The position numbers and the translations under genes were made by a program. The notes under the pieces were generated by a model. It was not told the origin of the DNA. It was given only the letters and a program-made list of their open reading frames with translations, and ran no database searches. Shown here one piece after another: positions 28,376 to 42,179 of a DNA stretch of 64,000 bases. Origin of the DNA: the human T2T-CHM13v2.0 reference genome, Homo sapiens. The stretch lies in NCBI RefSeq assembly GCF_009914755.1, contig NC_060931.1; one strand, 5' to 3'. Position 1 is the first letter of the stretch. The number at the start of each line of letters is the position of its first letter.

Positions 28376-28541
28376 GTATATTTTAGAACTAGGATAACCA
28401 TAATCAATAAACCAGTACCAAAGATCATTGCTGTTCAAACTAGTCTGCCTCCCATTATAATAACCATACCTACTTTGACTCTGGCAATTAAGACCTGAAA
28501 CGTGGCTCTTATTATACTGGGATTGCATCATCCCAGACTGA

Positions 28542-29031
<490 letters not shown>

Positions 29032-29832
29032 ATTTGATAACTGTTTCTACAGAATACCAAGGTAACTCTGATATCTCAATTTCCATCAGCATAGACCACC
29101 TTTGATTCTGAGTTTCAGTCAAGCAATTGAACCCACAGAGCCACTCCAAGCTACTTTAGTTAACACATTAAATTAAATCTGGTTAATTCCACTGTATCAT
29201 TCAATTTGGCCATTTCTTCTACCTGATTTGAAACTCTTAGAATCCGTTATGATAAATATTCTCTAGGTTTTAGTTAATGTATGTTGGCAAAATATTGCAA
29301 TTAGTATGTATGCTACCTTCTCCCAGATCATATTTTGTGCTCAATACCTTAGATTTTAATATAATTATCTGTTAGGAGTAAGGAAAAGAGGAAGATTACG
29401 ATTTTTGTGTGAGGCAACTGTCTTGGAAAGGTCATTGCAGGTTATTTAGGCAAGAGGAGTCTAATCTCCTTAGATTGCAAGAATGGGATGCTTCTATGAC
29501 AAGGAAGTCACAGTGGAATTTGGAGGTTCACAGTCCCTAGCTTCTCTGGAATGTGCCCAGATGCCCTTATGGCAATTTTCATGGTTTTCACTTTTTTCCA
29601 ATCAATGCTCTCACTTTAACGTAAGAGAATCTGTGGCTGTGAACTCTATGTATGATATAATTTAGCCACCTGAATGATTGGACTTTGAGTTTGATAACAA
29701 AACCCTCAATCCTTTAGCTATAGGATATAGGACTTTTTGAAGGGAGACACAGAAGTTTCCTGGTTCATTCCCCATACCTTGAGCTGGGACTTGAAAGTTC
29801 CAAGCTCATTATTTTTTTTTTTAGTTGTTCAA

Positions 29833-29978
29833 ATGGACACAAAGATGGGAACCACAGACACTGGGGACTATTAGAAGGGGAGGTAGTGAGGAGTGCAAGG
29901 GCTAGAAAAACTACCTATTGGGTGCTATGCTCAGTACCTGGGTGACGAGATCAGAGATCAGTCATACCCCAAACCTCA
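29833..29978 (+). mobile_element. L1PA13-16-like 3' UTR fragment
   Basis: atggacacaaagatgggaaccacagacactggggacta...aaaaactacctattgggtgctatgctcagtacctgggtgac. Confidence 0.75.
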
Positions 29979-30598
29979 TCATTTTATTTCTTTCTTTCTT
30001 TCCTTTTTTTTTTTTTTGTGTGTGTGTACTTAAAAGCAACCAACCAATCTCATAATTCCTATACTCTTTATTTCCACTAAAACTCTGGCCTTCCATAGGC
30101 ACTTGACTCCAGATAGCAAAAAGTGATCTTATGGCTCATCCCTAGAGCTGGGAATGGGGTTCCATCCAACACAAATTACGTGACCAAGAATGAGTGGGAA
30201 GCAAACTCTTTCATGGGAAACCAGGGTACTGTTGGTGGAAGAGGTGGGAATGAGATCCCAAACACATATCCAGTTACCCTGTCCATAGTCAGTCTTTTCT
30301 CTCTAAAGTTGAATATAACATATGTTGTACTGTTACCATTATCTATAAGCTCCTTTTTTGAGGACTAGACTACAATGGTGCAGGCTCAAGGCTAGGACAG
30401 GGGAAAGAGGTAGAAGAACACAGTAGAAGAGAACATAAGGAGACAAGGTTCTTGAATGATTAGGAGAAGAGGCCAAAAAAGATGAAATTATAGAACGACT
30501 AGACTGGAAGTGGAGATGTAGGCTCTGCCTACTTTACAATTTTGCTTAGAACTATATCCAATAACAATTGAGCAGATGTCCTCATATCCAGCACTAAA

Positions 30599-30847
30599 TG
30601 CCCAGGCTGGAGTGCAGTGGCACAACCTTGGCTCTCTGCAACCTCCGCCTCATGAGTTCAAGCAATTCTCCTTCCTCAGCCTCCTGAGTAGCTGGAATTA
30701 CAGGCATGCACCACTATGCCTGGCTAATTTTTGTATTTTTAGTAGAGATGGGGTTTCTCCATGTTGGCAAGGCTGGTCTCGAACTCCTAACCTCAAGTGA
30801 TCTGCCCGCCTCAGGCTCCCAAAGTGCTAGGATTACAGGGCCCAGCC
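30599..30847 (-). mobile_element. AluS lacking its 3' end and poly(A) tail
   Basis: Begins at tgcccaggctggagtgcag with no poly(T). Flanked by cagcactaa(a/t)t at 30589-30599 and 30849-30859. Confidence 0.9.
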
Positions 30848-32619
30848 TCAGCACTAATTTTGAAGAATGGATAGAAACATTTTTTCACACTTAAAAATAT
30901 TCCAGTATTTGAAAAAGAAATGGTGTTTGGTCAAATATGTTTGAATGAGAACATGCTCTGTCCTGAAATATAAGTGAATTCTTATATTCTGATATCATTT
31001 GAGTAATAAGTACTGTTACTCCAGTTATTTAATCATTGTTTTCACTCTGTTTTCATTTTCATATTGGAATTGTATTTATGTTACTTGCTGGGGGCAGGGG
31101 GGGAATCTCACTCAGCTTTCTGCTTGTCACATGTCACAGTTGCTTCCAGGTTATTGAAACATATGATGTTATTTTCCCAATGGTGATATCCTGATGGATG
31201 TTATTTAAGATTCTTATATCTAGGACATATTTCATGGACTTCTCATAACTGAAGTTATATGATTTGTGGTATCTCCTAAAAAATGTCCCAGCACCGGCAA
31301 ATGCTAATCAAGCCTCCTGCAACTCCCAAAACCTTGAACAGTCGCTAAGAAATCTCAGAATAGAGCTTTATCGATTCTTGAGTAGACTTAAATTGGATGA
31401 GCTGGGTAATAGAAGCATCTGGCTTTAACTTCTGTTTTTCTGAAGTTTTACCAGAGGGATTTTTATAATGACTCTATTTAACCTCATTTTCATTTGTCAG
31501 TGTCAGCATCTTCTGTGGAAGTCTTACGTTTACCTTCTGTGACCTGCTGGTCATTTAGCAGAGCTAAATGTATAAGAATACCTTTCTAGGCTTTAGTGTC
31601 AGTTACTATCTTCAGGAAACAAATCCTAAACACGTGCTCTTAATTGCTCAGATTCCCATCTTGCTTAACTGTCAGACTTACCTAGATAAAGTCAGTCACA
31701 TTGTGTAGGTTTTTAAAAGAAACATCTCTAGTCATTTCAAACTGTCTTTGCAGCTTAATGCCATATTTTTATATTGTGGACAATTTTGAAGGGACTTGAA
31801 CATTAGGTCAACGGGTTTGTATTTAATTTGGTATGAAATGGAACAAAGATAAAAATGCTGTAAAGATAACAGTATATAAATATAATTTCATTGTTTCTGT
31901 GATTGAGAAATCCCTTGGAGTTTAAGCAGACCGCTATTTGTTCATCAATATATATTTCCTTCTTTTTCTATGTTAATGAAATCTTCGGTAAACCATTTGA
32001 CCAACCAGCCTCCATCATATTTAAATATGGCCATATGAATTATTTCTTGCCAAGATTTGTCATTTAAAGGGAGGGAGCTTTCTCTCTTTCGGACTCCTTC
32101 ATTCTGCTGCTACCTGGGATGTAGACAGGACACTAATATATCTTTGAATCTGTAGATGCTCCAGGGATGAGAGAGGAACAACAAGAAAAATGGGAATTTT
32201 CTGGACCACTTGCCGTATGACCATTACAGGAGAAAGAGAAAATCGTCTATCATATCTGAGCCATTTTAAAATTTAGTTATTAGTAATAGCAGCTCAACCT
32301 GTATTATAATGCAATCTGGTTTTACATATGTAAATAACTATTCTTTAGGATGAAATGTTCCTATGAAGAACAATGCAAAATATAAATACAGTAGCTTTAG
32401 TAAAAAAAAATTACATCTAATGGTATTGCCTCTTTCTGTGTATTATTCATGGTAATGACAACCACAGATATGGTGAATAGGTCTATTGTGCATAATTTCC
32501 CCTTGCATTATTTTCCAAAGTTCATTCAGTCTTATACTATCTTCATAATACTTGTTATATCCATGTCTGCTTTTAATATTACTGATTTAATATTTTTTAA
32601 AAATTGACTTTATATAACT

Positions 32620-32921
32620 GTTTCTTTTGTTTTTTTTTAGAGACAGAGTCACACTCTGTTGTCCAGGTTGGAGTGCAGTGGCATGATCAAAGTTCACTGC
32701 AGGCTCAAACTCCAGGGCTCAAGTGATCCTCTCACCTCAGCCTCCTAAGTAGCTGAGACTACAAGCATATGCCACAATGTCCAGCCAATTTTTAAAATTT
32801 TTGTAGAGACAGGGTCTTGCTATGTTGCCCAGGCTGGTCTTGAACTCCTGGCCTCAAGCAATCCTCTGGTCTTGGCTCCCCAAAGTGCTGGGATTACAGG
32901 TGTAAGCCACCACTCTGGCCC
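32620..32921 (-). mobile_element. AluJ
   Basis: Antisense dimer; flanking repeat atataact. Confidence 0.9.
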
Positions 32922-33094
32922 AATATAACTAATTTAAATAACTTAGATGACTTGGAGTAGACAGTCTTTATAAAAATAAATGTATTGAAATCACACAATA
33001 ATTACAACAAAATGCTATTGCCTGCCAAAGGCCTTGGGCCTAAGGCTTTCTCTCTATTTATTTGAAGAGATCAGTTAGATTTAGAGGCCTACTG

Positions 33095-33404
33095 GGCCGG
33101 GTGCAGTGGCTCATGCCTGTAATCTCAACACTCTGGGAGGCCAAGGCGGGTGGATGATTTGAGGTCAGGAGTTCTAGACCAGCCTGGCCAACATGGTGAA
33201 ACCCCATCTCTACCAAAAATACAAAAAAATTAGCTAGGTGTGGTGGTGCACGCTTGTAATCCCAGCTACTCAGGAGGCTGAGGCAGGAGAATCTCTTGAA
33301 CCCGGGAGACAGAGGTTGCAGTGAGCCAAGATTGCACCACTGCTCTCCAGCCTGAGTGATAGAGTGAGACTCTGTCTCAAAAAAAAAAAAAAAAGAAAAA
33401 AAAA
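33095..33404 (+). mobile_element. AluS
   Basis: Full dimer and poly(A); flanking repeat agatttagagg. Confidence 0.95.
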
Positions 33405-34692
33405 AGATTTAGAGGTGTATTTAAGACATGCTAGCAAGAAGTTGTAACTTTCTTTTTGGTGTAATCAACTGAAAGATAATTAAAATGGAAAATCTTTATG
33501 TGATTAAATTTTATATAATGCTTCATGAAACCTAAAATCATTCAGGAGTACACATTGTGCACTTCAGAAAATGCTGCTTTTTATTCTTTTTTTTTTTTTC
33601 ACAAACAAATAAGAGACAGTAATGATCAGAAAAAATGTTGGGGAAGGATGTGTCAGCCTTATTACAGCTCTAGCATGTAGTATTGTTTTAATCCCTCCCT
33701 TTATAATCCACTTCTCTGATAGTAAATGGGAAGGTAGTCAACTACCTAAACATTAGCAATCCTTGCTACTTGTTATATTTTCTCAAATTTTTGCCTTTGA
33801 ACTAGACATTACATAATTTTAATAAGTAACTTCAGCTAACCAATTTGTGATCCCCAGAGTAAAATCCCGACATCATTGTGGCAAAAGCCTGAAATGAATG
33901 TCAGGAGCAAACTGGCTAAGCATGAATGGACATTTAACCTCATACATGAAAATAATAAGCATCATTAAAGAGGAAGAGGAAAAGAGAGTGGGTCATTTTA
34001 CAAGCAAATACAGACTTAATTTGAATGGTTTCTGATTACACAGCACTTTCCAAACCTTTGAGTAATTCTTGTTTGGAAGCTGCAAGAATACAGTGATGTG
34101 CTACTGCTGAAATGGCCTGTAAATGTGATGCTAAGAAAAGTGCAGGCATAAGAGTGCTTTCTGTAAAAAGGAATATGATATGGGCAGATGTTATATGAGC
34201 CTCCCAGCGGGGCTTCTCTTACACACGGGGTCATCAGAAAAGGTCTGATAATTTTATTGGCATAGATTTGTCATTAACAGGGAACTTGAGCATGTTCTGA
34301 AGGATTTTAACATCCATAATACACCTTATGAATGTTTCTGCTTGTAATTTAAAGTTCTGCATTCACAAAACAGTCTTTTTTCATAGTGCTTACCAGAGGA
34401 GTGTGACTTTCATTTGTTCAGGTTCTCCATTTAACACTTTATATTATGCATCCCTCACAGAAGAAACATTAAAACATTTTCTTGTCTGTTTGCATTTTAG
34501 ATTTAATCTGGATTTGCACAACACCATGACTTAAAGATTATCCTATGTGCCAGATAGCTGTGTATTCACAGTCATCTATTTTCTCGTGCTCCTGGGCTCG
34601 CAGAGAGACATTGCTCACCCTTAAGTGTTGTTATATAACTGAGGTCTAGTAAATGGAATGCAAAAGAGTTATATGCCACTTTCAGTCTAGTC

Positions 34693-34925
34693 CAAGCCTG
34701 TCCAACCCATAGCCTGCATGTGGGCTCCATGTGGCCCAGGACAGCTTTGAATGTGGCCAAACACAAATTCGTGAACTCTCTGGAAACATTATGAGATTTT
34801 TTTTTTTTTGCAATTTTTTTTTCTTTTTCAGCTCATCAACTATCGTTAGTGTATTTTATGTTTTGTCCAAGACAATTTTTCTTCTACCAGTGTGGCCTAG
34901 GGAAGCTAAAAGACTGGACACCCTG
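34693..34925 (-). mobile_element. MER30 (hAT-Charlie MITE)
   Basis: Ends caagcctgtccaa / ctggacaccctg; 8-bp TSD gtctagtc / gtctagcc (NTCTAGAN-like Charlie target). Confidence 0.9.
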
Positions 34926-35414
34926 GTCTAGCCCATAAGGGCAACTGCATGATCTTCTCTGCTCTCTCTCTTCCTCTGTCAGTCCTCTAATGTCAAAGAA
35001 TTCAGCCAAGGACTGGGAGTTCTGAGGAGATGGTGGGACTACAGAACATAAACAGCCCCTCTTCCTCTCACTCATTGGACTTCATGTGAGCAAGAAATAA
35101 ACTTTTATCGTGTTAATCTACTTATACTTCGAGGTTGTCCCTAAACGAATGCAGAATGATCAAAAGTATCAGGTTACAGATGATAGTTTTAAAGGCTGAA
35201 ACAGAACCAGAGATTGTCGAAACCAGGCATTTACCTGACAGATCTGCGTGCAACCCGTGCAGCACATCACCACCTTCCTGCAATACACAACAAGCAGGAA
35301 GGAGAGTCATGCCCTCTCCACCATCTGTCCAGGACTTTAGGATCAACATCTCTTCAGGCTGAGCTCTCCAAACTTAAAAAAGACACATGCCTCTTAATAA
35401 AAATAATCTAAAAT

Positions 35415-35530
35415 CTGTTTTACAGATGAAAAACTGGAGGCTTGGAGAGTTCAAATGATTTGTCCAAGATCACTGATTTACTTAATCATTAAATCAGGAC
35501 TATAGACAAAGTCCCCTAACTTGTAGTCCT
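35415..35530 (-). mobile_element. MIR core fragment
   Basis: ctgttttacagatgaaaaactggaggcttggagagttcaaatgatttgtccaagatcac. Confidence 0.65.
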
Positions 35531-36034
35531 GGTGATTCATATTTACAGGGCATTAAAAGCAGCTCTGTTCTGAAGTACATTGGGATAATTATCAGGTATA
35601 AAGTTCTGGATTGTAGGCAAGTGAGTATCTGTGGCAGATTAAAAATGAGTAAGTCCTATTGGCTTCTACTCTCCAAGATTTTCCCTCTCCTTTTCTCCTC
35701 TCTATTCACCCTATAGTGCATTTCTCTTCTCAGTGACAGTATTAGTGAAAATCCTTAGGATTTCATCAATTTACTTTTTCCTTCAGTGACATCCCAGAAT
35801 GTTCTATTTTTTTCTTTGTTTTGAATAAATTTGTCATTTTTTATTGTTGTTTATTTAATTTGCACTTGGGAGCAGGAAGTGTTGCCATCCAGTTTTGCTT
35901 TACCAACTTTAAAAAGACTTTTGCAAACCCCCTTAGAACTACTATGATCAATGAACAGATATGGAAGAAAATAATGAAGATAATAAAGTGATTCAAAACT
36001 TTGACAGCTAGGAAACACTTAAAAGTTTAATTTA

Positions 36035-36336
36035 GTTTTCTGTCCTTGTGATAGTTTGCTGAGAATGATGGTTTCCAGCTTCATCCATGTCCCTGCAAAG
36101 GACATGAACTCATCCTTTTTCATGGCTGCATATGAGACCACTTGGACATAGGGCGAGGAACATCACATACTGGGGCCTGTCAGGGGGTGGGGGGCTGGGG
36201 GAAGGATAGCATTAGAAGAAATGCCTAATGTAAATGATGAGTTGATGGGTGCAGCAAACCAACATGACACATGTATACCTATGTATCAAACCTGCACGTT
36301 GTGCACATGTACCCTAGAACTTAAAGTATAATTTTA
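36035..36336 (+). mobile_element. Short L1PA5/6-like 3' end with 5' inversion
   Basis: Antisense L1 at ~36035-36132, sense 3' UTR at ~36132-36336. TSD aaaagttt(a/t)attta at 36021-36034 and 36337-36350. Confidence 0.9.
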
Positions 36337-36357
36337 AAAAGTTTTATTTAATATGAG

Positions 36358-36358
<1 letters not shown>

Positions 36359-36398
<40 letters not shown>
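36359..36398. repeat. (CA)20 microsatellite
   Basis: Pure CA run. Confidence 0.95.
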
Positions 36399-36403
<5 letters not shown>

Positions 36404-36930
36404 GAATAGTATTCAGCCATAAAAGAATAAAATACTGTCATTTGCAGCAACATGGATGAGCCTAGAGAACACAATATTAAGTGAAATAAGTCAGGCACAG
36501 AAAGATAAATACCACATGTTCTCGCTTGTATGTGGGAGCTTAATTCAGCTCATTATATGTGGGAGCTAAAAAATTCAGTTCATAGAAGCAAATAGTAGGA
36601 TTGTGGTTATTAGAGGCTGGGAAAGGTAGAGAGAGGGAAAGATAGGAAGGGTTGGTTAAAAGATATAAAGTTACAGCTAGATGGGAGGAATAGTTCTAGA
36701 GTTCTGTAGCACTGTGTGGTGAATATGATTAACAATAATTTAAAGTATATTTTCAAAAAGCCAGAAGAGAGGATTTTGAATGCTCCTAACATTAAAAAAT
36801 GAAAAATGTTTGAGATGATAGATATGCTGATTACCCTGATTTGATCATTACACATTACATACGTGTATTGAAATATCATTCTGTATCCCATAAATATGTA
36901 TACTTATGTATCAAATAAAAATAAAAGGAA
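36399..36930 (+). mobile_element. L1MA-type 3' end
   Basis: aatggaatagtattcagccataaaa...gtcatttgcagcaacatggatg...gccagaagagaggattttgaatg...ttaccctgatttgatcattacaca. Confidence 0.85.
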
Positions 36931-37069
36931 AAAATATGTTTTTTTAAAATTATAAGTTAAGAAAGGATAGAGGATGTGTATTTACAGAAGACCCAGTGAT
37001 ACAATCACCAATTATTAAAAGCTTTCTTATTTAACAGGCTTTTTATTGTTTTTGATGACAGACATGATG

Positions 37070-37290
37070 ATAATAATAATGACAGCTAACATTACTGAAC
37101 TAGGCACTGTTCAGAGCACCTAATGTAAATGAACTCAGTACATGTGCCGAGAACTGTATTGAGTATGCAACATGAATAAAACAGTCCAAACCTCAAAACA
37201 AACCTATGAGGCAAATACTATTATTATCCTGATTCTATTGAAAAGTGAGGAACAGAAACGTTTAGTAAATCACTCAAGATGTCACAATGG
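37070..37290 (-). mobile_element. MIR fragments
   Basis: aataatgacagctaacatt...aaacctatgaggcaaatactattattatcc. Confidence 0.55.
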
Positions 37291-39647
37291 CTTTTTCTTT
37301 TAAAGCAATGAATAGTTTTAGTGCGCGTGATCCCAGAGAGAGGAGAAATATCAGTGGCTTGAGATCACAGGGGAACAAATTTCAAATCGATACAGTGAAG
37401 AAACTTTGGGAGTAAAAGCTTTTCTACTTAGGGGACTTTGTCCTTACTTTCCATCTTCTTGAAACTTCCTTTTCCTGTAATGTCTGTGGAAAGCACTGCA
37501 TGATTCTTGCTTCTCCATGGGGATTTTCCAGATTTTGCCAATATTATTTTCATATCACCCACACCCATTCTCTCTTTGCACTATTGAACTATTAAAGCAT
37601 TCATAAAAGCAAGTGTGGTTTTGTAATTATTTGTATGTGTTTCTCACCTATTACATTTAATCTACCTTATTGCCTAATACACAGTCTTGAACAAAGAATG
37701 GATGTTAGCAATTTTGATTGAATTAGAGAAAACATTTTAAAAAGACATTTATTCTTTACAAACCATTTAAGTAGTTTGCCCTAGCATAGTTGTCCTACTA
37801 ATATAAATTGAATTTACTGATAGCTTCACTATGTATTCTAAAATATGTTTTATTTAATGATTATATTTCCACTTCTCTAAAAATTTATTCTTTAGAAATT
37901 CCACAGGAAAATTGGATTCATAATGATCATAAAATCAGTGGGGGTATAATCATCAACTTTTTAAAAATGTGAAGCCTTATAGTATGGTATTATATGGAGT
38001 AAAACTAAACGTTTGGCAATATTACAGCCCTTAGTTTTTGGTGTTCAAATAGGTTGCAAATCTGATCTTTGCTTAAACTTACAGGATTTTCACATTTATT
38101 ATAAGAACATATAAAAAGAAACCAACCTGAATATTTTTCTAGCCACTTCCAGCCTTCTTAATAAATGATCTTTCATTATTTAATAAATAACTATGCTGAA
38201 ACCATTTATCTGAACTAGCAACTACATACTAAACTGAATTATTAAAAGTTGTATGGGCAGTATTTAAGAATTTATATGTACTATAATTTAAATTGTTACA
38301 TGTTTTGTAAACAATGCACTTCACCATGATTTTGCTTTCTAATTAGTATGCCATTTGATAGCAATGGGCAAAAAAAGAAACTTTTATAATAGATTATCAT
38401 ACTTTTGCTTTCATCACTAAAAGCATTGACTATATATTTTAACAATCCAACTTACACATTGTCCCCTTTGTTTTATATTCAACAGTAATACTATACCTTA
38501 CCTTCCTCATTGCCACCCTTATGCTTCTCCCTTGACTCCCAGGGAGAGCAATTTGGCTGAGTTACTCCTGAGTGTTTCAAGCTCAGGTCACTGGATATTA
38601 TTTGTGGAAATTCCCTTCTTTCTTCTTTCTTGTTCTCCTTCTCCTTCCTTCTCTTCCTCCTCTCTATTCCTCCTCTTGATTTCTTTCTTTCCTTCTCCAC
38701 CTTCTTCTCTCCTCTTTATCCTTCTTTTTGGTCCTGTTTTTGCAAAGGAGAGGAGGAACAGACTTGAACTGGTACCCTAAATGTTCTGCCATGTTGCTGC
38801 AAATTTTTCTCCATCTAATTTTTAAATGATCCTTTCATTTTGTTCTATACTTTGCATATCTCTTGCATTAAGGAAAGAAAAATTGGAATTAAAGGAAAAC
38901 AAGGATGAAAAGAAGTGGAGGAAAAAATATTAGAAGTTGGAAGGGAAATAAGGAAAATTTGGAGTGACGTTACAAGGAAAAGAAAAGTTGTGTTTAAAAG
39001 GAGATCCAAAAGCTCTGATAAAATATAGGTAGAAGAATCAGAATGAATGTTGGTAATTAACTTCCCCATCTCACTCCCAGTCTTTGTAGATATTCTTTTA
39101 GTATCTTAAGCTCTATCATATTCAGTTTTCTTTGTCTGACTTTTTTCTTTATTTTATGAAATTAACAACATTTAATACACTCTGACAAATAAAAAAATAA
39201 CCAAACCAGGTTGTCATCTTCCAAAAGCTCTCTAAATCCAAGTGTGCTGTAACCAACCTCTTTCATGCTGACACAGTGCCCATCCCCTCCAGCTCCTGCT
39301 GCACCGTGCACAGTTGGCCATGTCCACAGACTCAGAAGATATAATATCAATTTAATTTTCTTTTCAGTCTTTTATTGTCTTTTGTGCCTTTTAAAAAAAG
39401 TCTCAACTACATGTTGTGATTGCTCCAGCTTTATAAGATAGAATTTAATATTCTTTTTTGATATGACCACACATCTAATATTTGCTCCCCACTGCTCCTG
39501 CAAATAGTAAGTTAAAATTGTTTTTCTTAATATAAGTCACTGTTTCTCCAGATTTCTTTGTGTTTCAGAGTTGGTTAATCCACTTTAAATCAGCAGCCTG
39601 TCTGCCTGCCATTCTACTCCCCTGCCCCATACCCCACGACTATATAT

Positions 39648-39711
39648 TCCTTCCTTCCTTCCTTCCTTCCTTCCTTCCTTCCTTCCTTCCTTCCTTCCTT
39701 CCTTCCTTCCT
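39648..39711. repeat. (TTCC)n tetranucleotide repeat
   Basis: About 16 perfect units. Confidence 0.95.
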
Positions 39712-39981
39712 GCCTCATGATAGTTAGTGTGTTCTCGTGAGATCTGGTTGTTTAATAATGTGTGGCATCTCCCCTCATCTTGCTACTGCTCTTGCCTTGC
39801 GAACTGCCTGCTCCTTTTTGCCTTCCACTGTGATTGTAAGCTTCCTGAGGCCCTCATCAGAAGCCATTGCCAGCACCATACTTGTCCTGTCTGCAGAACC
39901 GTGGGCCAATTAAATCTCTTTTCTTTATAAATCACCTAGACTCAGGCATTTATTTATAGCAACACAAGAACAACCTAATAC
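39712..39981 (+). mobile_element. MST-family MaLR LTR, 3' half
   Basis: ttgccttccactgtgattgtaagcttcctgaggcc...aattaaatctcttttctttataaatcacc...tttatagcaacacaagaacaacctaataca. Confidence 0.85.
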
Positions 39982-42179
39982 ACTTCCCTTGAATGATTCT
40001 TTTCGTTTCACACTAGAGAGCTTCCCAGGTCCTCAGCACAAAGGAAGTAGGTGTTATTTCCTGAGGGAGAGACTGCATCATCTTCTCATGTTTACACATC
40101 AAGACCTTAAACTGTATGTAAATACAAGCTGTGTTCCATGTAAATACAAGGACCTTTTTATGCTCTTAGAATTGTTTAACCAAACAATTGACTGAAATAT
40201 ATTTTTCAGATGGGAATGAACACTTTACTTGTGACCCTGACCTTAGCTTATAATAATTTTCTCTCTCTGATCCCCACCCTTCCCCCATATAGGTAGGAAA
40301 AGAGGACCAGGGACTATTTTGTTCCACTAAGAATTTAAATATGGGAAATAATTTGTAAAACATATGCCTGAAATATTAATAATGACTATATATGTAACTG
40401 AAGCAACATTTAAAGAGGTAATCCATGATGGCTGAGTGAGGCACAGTAGCAATATTAGGAAAAGCTGTTGTATTATAATATTACTGCTAAAATTTGAAAA
40501 AGCAAATGTTAGCTAGAGAATAAAACCCAAACACCAGAGCAGAAGCTGGTTTCAGTTTTCATATATAAAATATTTATGTTTTAGTAAAAAGCAAACCATT
40601 ATCTGCCCTTTCCTGTCACCTTCCCTGTCTCCACGAGGTTGTAGTTTTGAAATTAGCCTTTCTTCTAAGAATGAAAGCACGAACACTCTACGAACAGCTT
40701 TCTTTTCTTATATGATTTGTCCCCTTAAATGATTGGCTCTGCAGGATCCTTAGTTTCGTGGACATTATATGTTTCATGCAGATCAACTTGTAACCTGGGC
40801 AACAGTGTGGAGGGCCTGGGCTATACTATTCCAGGGTGAACAATGACATTCAATGTCACATTCCCCTTAACTAGAGACAGTGAAAGTTCTGTCACTCCTC
40901 TGGCCGACATCAGCTAGCCTGTGAGGAAAACAGCCTGGGAAAGTAGATTGTAATTCCACACAGATATGTTGAATCACGATTTAACCTGCTTTTCAAATCA
41001 TGAACATTGGGGAACTGAGGTTTGTATCTCCTGGTAGGGGAAGAGGAGGATAGAAAAGGTAGGCAAAGCCAGGTAGCTTTAGGTTAGGATAAGCTAGAGG
41101 CAAAAAGTTATGGAGAAACACAGAGATTATTTTTAGAAATCAAAGAAAGCTGAAATATATAGGCCAGTTTACTTTTTGAGAAACCTTGTGTTCAGGAATA
41201 ACCTAGAACCTAGAATAAATTGGACTATTGTAGAGTAGCTGATTGTGTTGTCAGGAGAGACATGAAAACATTTCAAATGACTAAAAATTAATGAGAAAGG
41301 ATGTGGGGCATTAGAGAGCCTGGGAATTAAAACTGGTCAAGAGAGCTTTCTTTTCATATATTTTTCTCTGTTTATCCAAGTTCTCCCCCCACCTCCTGAT
41401 TATGTAAGTAATACGTATTTATTGTTGAAAATTTGGAAAATAGAGAAATGGCAAAATAAGCAAAAATCAGTTGCAACCTACCATTAAGACAACGAATAAT
41501 ATCATCAACATTTTGATGTATTTTCTTCTTAATCTTTTTTCTTTGGCTTTTATATCTCAAAATGTAGCTTAGTTTTAGTTTTTATCCACGTTATATATGC
41601 ACAAGGCTTTAAAAGAACAAGAGCTCTGCAAAATTTATTAAGAGAAATGATACTTTCAAATTTTAATAGATTCTCTTGATATTAACCCCATTACTGTAAG
41701 TAACATGCTTATTTTTGCCTTTAAAGAAATTTTTGTACTATTTAGTTGATAATCCACAATGTATGCCTTTCCTTAATACTTCCTCTATCTACTGTTACTA
41801 CATATGCAGTCCGTGTTCAAGAAATAAAAATAAGCTTCATACTATATACCTTTCAAACTAGAAAATCATAGTACATATTTGGAAACCAGATGAAATTTAA
41901 TTAGAAAGACTATTTTTGACATTGGCAAATATTTTTCTAGAAATGTTAGTAAATGAATTAAAATGTCTTGCTCTAATTTTCTTTTTCTTCAAAGGCTGCA
42001 TTTGATTTTACTATTAGTTATATGCACACACACAAAAAACACTTTCAAATAAAAATACACATCCCCTTCTTCAAATTCCTCATAATATAAAACATGTCTG
42101 AAATGAGGAATAATTGATCAGAAGTCAGTGAGTAAATGTGTAGTTCTCAAAGGAATAACAGAAATTATATCTTTAATTA

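Larger units (their letters stand above)
32506..33577 (+). mobile_element. MER113-like hAT-Charlie element hosting two Alus
   Basis: Degraded ends cattattttccaaagttcattc / cacttcagaaaatgctg; internal aaatgctattgcctgccaaaggcc. Confidence 0.45.
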
